The notes under the pieces are model-generated. The model worked only from the letters and a program-made list of their open reading frames with translations. It searched no databases and had not been told where the DNA came from. A stretch of DNA of 26,543 nt, from the IMG/VR virus record IMGVR_UViG_3300030433_000473, positions 1 to 26,543 of that record, one strand, 5' to 3'. This document shows positions 22,168-26,543 of this stretch, one piece after another; position 1 is the stretch's first letter, and every line of letters begins with the position of its first letter. The position numbers were made by a program, and so were the translations under genes. This DNA is from a virus. Its lineage: Duplodnaviria > Caudoviricetes.

Positions 22168-25076
22168 TGGCAAGCGGTTTAGCACAAGGCTTAAAAGCAT
22201 TTTTTAAAAAGCAAATAGACGATGCTGAAAGTCGGTCTTACGGGGGTCTTACTCCGACTGAAGATATAACCCCTGGCCCCGGTGGTTCATTGATTATAAA
22301 GGGTATGGATGACTCTGATGTTGAAGCTCTTAACGCCACACTAGAAGCTGGTGGTTTTCAAGGTGGTTTAGACCTTGGACGTATTGGTGAAATGTTTAAA
22401 GGCAATGCAGATGATTTTAATCTAGAAACAGTTCTTACTAATATTAAAAACAAGAACAAAGAATTGTTTAAGCACTTACGCCGTGACAAAAAAAGTATGG
22501 AACAACTTTTAAACAAGTCTGGTTTTGAAGAAGCTGCTTATAAATTGTTACAAAGAAAACCGGGTGAAGTGTTGCCGCCAGATGACGTCCTTACTGGTAT
22601 AGTTGCATTTATTAAACTTGGTAAAGAATTACAGCATACAGCCTTAAAAGCTAGAAATAGCACTGACCTTGATGTTCGTAAGGCAGAGTTTAAAAAACTT
22701 CAGATAATGGCAACTATTCAATCGAATTTAGCGGCGCAAGTCTCTGGCAATGTTTCTGAGTTTGCTAGAGGTATGGCTGTAGTAAGAAATGTAAAATCTA
22801 TAAAAGATTTAAATTTGGACGAAATCTCACAGAGTTTAGACCAGTGGGCTAACGAAGCTGACGAAGGAATGATTGATTACCACCTTGAAGCTTTTCTTCA
22901 AATGAATAGCCCATTGGCTAGAGCCAAGTATGCCAAGCAAGGTTTCTTAGCAAAAACTTATGATGTTGCTATGGAAAACTATATTAACGCCCTACTAAGC
23001 TCACCAACAACGCATATTGTCAACATGGCGGGTAATACAAGTTTTCAGTTTCTTTCTCTAGCAGAGCGTGGCCTTGCTGGAACGATAGGTAATGTTAGAA
23101 CACTTGGCGGTTTGCGTGGTGAGATTGGTGACCAAAGATATGTGGGCGAAGCAGCCGCTGAGTTGCATGGCATGATAATGGCTCAGAAAGATGCTTTTAC
23201 ACTTATGGCTAATACCTTTATTACGGGTGAAGGCGGTGACCTTGTTTCTAAAATTGATTTGAAAAACAGACGGGCTTTAGGTAGTTCTGATAATGTGACA
23301 GACGTTTATGAAGCGATGGCACAAGGGGACTTTTTCAAAGCAGCTATTGATAGTCTAGGTATTGCCACAAGAATACCGGGTCGTTTTTTAGCGTCTGAGG
23401 ATGAATATTTCAAAGTTATTTCTATGCGGCGTGTGCTTTACCGAGAAGCTCACCGAGAGTCACAGATAGCTTATACAATGGCAAGAAGAAGCGGTATTGA
23501 TAGAGCAACCGCTAAACAAATGGCGCAAGATAAATACGTCAATGTTATGATGAACCCTGAAGACTATAAAGAAATGATGATATCTGAAGCTCGTAAAATG
23601 ACGTTTCAAGGAACGCCAGAAGGTTTTTTTGGATTTGTAGCCAGAGGTGTAAACAGTCCATTTTTAAAACCAGTTGTTCCTTTTGTTAACACGCCAACTA
23701 ATATCGTAAAAGAAGCATTTGACAGAAGCTTAAATATTTATCCTGTGTACAAAGCAATAAAACAAACCAACTTGCCCGGAACACAACTGATGCCCTTGTT
23801 GCCCGGTGACAGCGCAGAAATAACAGGCAAACAATTAGACGACGCATTAGCTAAACTAGCTCTAGGAAATACTATTGCTATGACTATGTTTGGTATAGCT
23901 AAAGGAGACTATGGTGATGAAATTGTCATAAACGGAAGTGGTCCTGAAAATTTTAGTACAAACATGAATGTTATGGCAGCGGCTAATGTGCCGCCCTATT
24001 CTTACGGAATAAAACAAGAAGACGGGTCGTATGAATATACAACTTTTAGCCGTTTAGACCCACTTTCTGCCTTATTAATTATGGGCGCAGATTTGGCTCA
24101 ATATTCTAAGTATCACGAAGAAGACATTTCTTTATTAGACCCTTCAGATTATGATACCTTAGTAAAACATTATGTTTTAGCTGTTTCTGATTACGCAACC
24201 AATATGCCGTTCTTACAAGGCGTTGCTGAGTTTCAGGCTGCGGCGGGTGGGCAATATCAAACAAAAGAAGATTTTATAAAGCGGATGGCTAAATGGACAG
24301 GTCAAACAGTAGGAAGTGTTGGCACTAATGTTGTTGGAAATATTGACCGAGCGATGTTTGGATTGCCAAGTTATGGAGTTGAAACAATAAGTGGCGGTAA
24401 ATATAAACTTATTAGTCAAACATCTTTAAGCGCATTGATGGAAAGGATGCACAATCCGCTTGCTAGCAACACAATGTTGGGAGAAGGTATAGACCCCCTA
24501 ACTGGTGAACTGATGACTGAAGTGCCAGCGTTTCTTCAAGGTTTTTACATTGCAATGAATAAAGCAAAATCTAGAAACCCATACAGAAGTGGTGATTTGC
24601 CTGTTGGTTTAAATTTTTGGGGCAACGCTAGAACACAAGGTAAAGGAACTCTTGGTGAATCTCTCAGCCCGTTCAGAGTGCAACAAGGTGGTTATAGTGA
24701 ATTAGACAGAGAACTTATTAGATTGAGTGAAACAGGTGCTGGCTCTATAAGTTTTCATAGTCAAAGAATACAATCAGTATTGCTTAACTCTTCTGAGTTT
24801 AATCAGTTTATACGTCTTGTAAATGATGTTGATAGTGAGGGGCGTGTTCTAGGTGAGCTTGGGTTTGAGCCAGAGGATACATTGTTAAACGCTTTACAAA
24901 ATGAAATAACTAATCCTGACTCTGACTATCTTCTTCTACCTACCGATGAAGACAGGTTTAACGCTTTAAATTCTATTATTACAATTCGCCGCCAAGAAGC
25001 TAGAAAAAGATTAATTTTAGAAACTGAGTCTCTTCAACATTTAAATACAGATAATAATGATATGGTGACACAATGA
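22167..25076 (+). CDS. Large internal virion (ejection) protein, gp16-like
   Basis: AAGGAG RBS. INALLS.P.TH.VN..GN, RFL..EDE.FK, TFQ, PFV.TP.NI, PYS and RLDP motifs. Confidence 0.8.
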   Translation: MASGLAQGLKAFFKKQIDDAESRSYGGLTPTEDITPGPGGSLIIKGMDDSDVEALNATLEAGGFQGGLDLGRIGEMFKGNADDFNLETVLTNIKNKNKELFKHLRRDKKSMEQLLNKSGFEEAAYKLLQRKPGEVLPPDDVLTGIVAFIKLGKELQHTALKARNSTDLDVRKAEFKKLQIMATIQSNLAAQVSGNVSEFARGMAVVRNVKSIKDLNLDEISQSLDQWANEADEGMIDYHLEAFLQMNSPLARAKYAKQGFLAKTYDVAMENYINALLSSPTTHIVNMAGNTSFQFLSLAERGLAGTIGNVRTLGGLRGEIGDQRYVGEAAAELHGMIMAQKDAFTLMANTFITGEGGDLVSKIDLKNRRALGSSDNVTDVYEAMAQGDFFKAAIDSLGIATRIPGRFLASEDEYFKVISMRRVLYREAHRESQIAYTMARRSGIDRATAKQMAQDKYVNVMMNPEDYKEMMISEARKMTFQGTPEGFFGFVARGVNSPFLKPVVPFVNTPTNIVKEAFDRSLNIYPVYKAIKQTNLPGTQLMPLLPGDSAEITGKQLDDALAKLALGNTIAMTMFGIAKGDYGDEIVINGSGPENFSTNMNVMAAANVPPYSYGIKQEDGSYEYTTFSRLDPLSALLIMGADLAQYSKYHEEDISLLDPSDYDTLVKHYVLAVSDYATNMPFLQGVAEFQAAAGGQYQTKEDFIKRMAKWTGQTVGSVGTNVVGNIDRAMFGLPSYGVETISGGKYKLISQTSLSALMERMHNPLASNTMLGEGIDPLTGELMTEVPAFLQGFYIAMNKAKSRNPYRSGDLPVGLNFWGNARTQGKGTLGESLSPFRVQQGGYSELDRELIRLSETGAGSISFHSQRIQSVLLNSSEFNQFIRLVNDVDSEGRVLGELGFEPEDTLLNALQNEITNPDSDYLLLPTDEDRFNALNSIITIRRQEARKRLILETESLQHLNTDNNDMVTQ

Positions 25077-25093
25077 TGTTAATAGTGTACAAT
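25065..25093 (+). promoter_or_regulatory. Sigma70-like promoter upstream of the tail fibre gene
   Basis: GTGACA-17 nt-TACAAT, followed by AAGGAGG RBS. Confidence 0.55.
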
Positions 25094-25115
25094 TCGAAAA
25101 GGAGGGCTTTACCAA

Positions 25116-25946
25116 ATGGCTACCTTTAGTGTTTTAGACCAACTAAGAAGAACTCAGGGAACTGGTGACGGTTCTAATACTGAGTTTAGTTTTAGTTTTC
25201 AGGTCAACAATACATCAGATATAAAAGTTCATGTAGGCACTACGCTCCAAACAGAAAGTACCCACTATGATATAGTGGACTCTTCAAATGCGGCTGGTCT
25301 GAACGCAGACGGTACGGGTAAAGTTAAATTTAAAACTAGCCCTACTGACTACACCCCGGCTAATGGTGCTACTGTTACTATTCATTCAGATGTACCTTTA
25401 GCTCGGACGTCTGTCTATAACTCGGGTGGCAACATCACAGCTACAGCTTTAGAAAGTGATTTCGACACAATCACTATGCAAGTAGCTGACAGAGAGGAGC
25501 GTGACGCTAGAGCGTTGACTGCTCCTATCACTGACCCGGTTACTGTAGATATGAGTATACCCGCAAAGTCTGCACGATTAGGGTATGTATTGGGTTTTGA
25601 TGATAGTACGGGTAACCCTATTCTCGGCCCTAAAATAAGTAACTTTAGTACGCTTACTTCTATATCTGCGGATATTGCGACACTTGCCGATATAGAAGAC
25701 GGTACAGTAGCGACAACGGCAATCTCTAGATTAGCTGCTGTTGATACTGACATAGATGCGTTGGCAGCAATTAAACAAGAAATCATAGATTGTGCGGCTG
25801 GTTTAATTCACACCACCCCAATTAGTCGTGGCGGTACTGGTGCGACTACAGCCGCACAAGCAAAAATTAACTTAGGAATAACGGATGGAATTACACTTCA
25901 AGAAGCTTCAGACGAAGCTCTCGCTCTGGCGATTGCTCTTGGCTGA
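25116..25946 (+). CDS. Tail fibre protein (T7 gp17 N-terminal-like anchor), short
   Basis: GDGS.T.F.F.F.....DI.V, LE.D.D..T...Q, P...R....LGFD..G.P, GGTGATTA..A..NLG motifs, ending ALALAIALG. Confidence 0.85.
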   Translation: MATFSVLDQLRRTQGTGDGSNTEFSFSFQVNNTSDIKVHVGTTLQTESTHYDIVDSSNAAGLNADGTGKVKFKTSPTDYTPANGATVTIHSDVPLARTSVYNSGGNITATALESDFDTITMQVADREERDARALTAPITDPVTVDMSIPAKSARLGYVLGFDDSTGNPILGPKISNFSTLTSISADIATLADIEDGTVATTAISRLAAVDTDIDALAAIKQEIIDCAAGLIHTTPISRGGTGATTAAQAKINLGITDGITLQEASDEALALAIALG

Positions 25947-25980
25947 TCAATGGTAACACAGCTCAAAATAGGAGATAATT

Positions 25981-26430
25981 ATGGCTGATGATGCAGTAGT
26001 AACAGTCTCGGCAACGGTGTTGCCAGACGAAATACAAAAGACGTTCTCGTCCTCAATGACAGTAAGTCCAGCAGACGGTAACGACAAATGGTACTATAAA
26101 CTAACAAGCGTAAGTAACGCTAGCACAGACCTTATGGCTGGCTATTACACTGACTATACGGCTGTGGACGATGACACAGCACCAACTGCGATTGACGCAG
26201 CAGATAAGGTAAAGTTTTTATACGTAAAGAATACTGACTCTGCTGAAAGCGTATACATAGTTTTGGATGGCGGTACTGCTGGCCCTACCACAGCAGACGG
26301 TATTCACTTAGGTCCATCAGAGTCTTTGGCATTGCGAGTACCAAATGCAACTGTAGCTGATGTACATGCAATCAGTTCTGCTAGCACAGTAACTTGCATA
26401 GTGTGCGCTTTACTTGACGATGTAGCGTAA
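25981..26430 (+). CDS. Hypothetical beta-rich structural protein (149 aa)
   Basis: AGGAG RBS, located in the tail region. Confidence 0.75.
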   Translation: MADDAVVTVSATVLPDEIQKTFSSSMTVSPADGNDKWYYKLTSVSNASTDLMAGYYTDYTAVDDDTAPTAIDAADKVKFLYVKNTDSAESVYIVLDGGTAGPTTADGIHLGPSESLALRVPNATVADVHAISSASTVTCIVCALLDDVA

Positions 26431-26439
26431 GGATAGGTT

Positions 26440-26543
26440 ATGGCTAATACATTTAAAAACCATACTAAAGCTTCTATAGGAACAACTGGTCAAAGTATCT
26501 ATACAGTTCCAAGTGGCACTACGTCTGTTATGATTGGCCTTAA
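26440..26543 (+). CDS. Tail-region protein, 5' part (3'-truncated by the window)
   Basis: MANTFKNHTKASIGTTGQSIYTVPSGTTSVMIGL... stays open to the window end. The MANTFK...YTVP start is typical of marine phage tail modules. Confidence 0.7.
   Translation, partial: MANTFKNHTKASIGTTGQSIYTVPSGTTSVMIGL

Noticed and set aside
3287-23751. Isolated TGTACA hexamers in coding regions (e.g. 3287, 4105, 6190, 7066, 22131, 23746)
   Set aside because: They are single sites without the paired extended context and are compatible with chance occurrence of a 6-mer.
1-26543. Alternative genetic code, tRNA/rRNA genes, introns or inteins, reverse transcriptase/DGR
   Set aside because: Core genes are intact in the standard code and use all three stops. 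No cloverleaf, intein motifs, RT motifs or TR/VR pair were seen by eye.

Overview
This window is about 26.5 kb of a short-tailed (podovirus-type) dsDNA phage genome with no host genes. Its gene content suggests a marine, probably alphaproteobacterial, phage with HTVC010P-like organisation (inference). From left to right: (1) end of the lysis module (holin, M15 endolysin) and two small basic proteins; (2) a leftward early operon (serine recombinase, winged-HTH, YqaJ exonuclease, RecT, LexA-like HTH); (3) a rightward replication module (DUF1064-type nuclease, DnaA domain-IV-like protein, Zn ribbons, and an HTH replication initiator containing a DnaA box plus iterons); (4) packaging and head genes (SSB-like, TerS, TerL, GNAT, a cluster of tiny basic proteins, portal, scaffold, major capsid); (5) T7-like tail tube, ejection and tail fibre genes. 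The most notable unannotated signals are: two identical 19-bp dif-like (XerC arm + spacer) sites flanking the serine recombinase cassette; a 35/36-bp dyad element flanking the replication module; a copy of the origin iteron palindrome inside the capsid promoter; a structured capsid leader RNA; a DnaA-IV frame with no plausible start codon; and an ADP-ribosyltransferase-like cargo domain on an ejection protein. Family names come from motif recognition only, with no database searches run.
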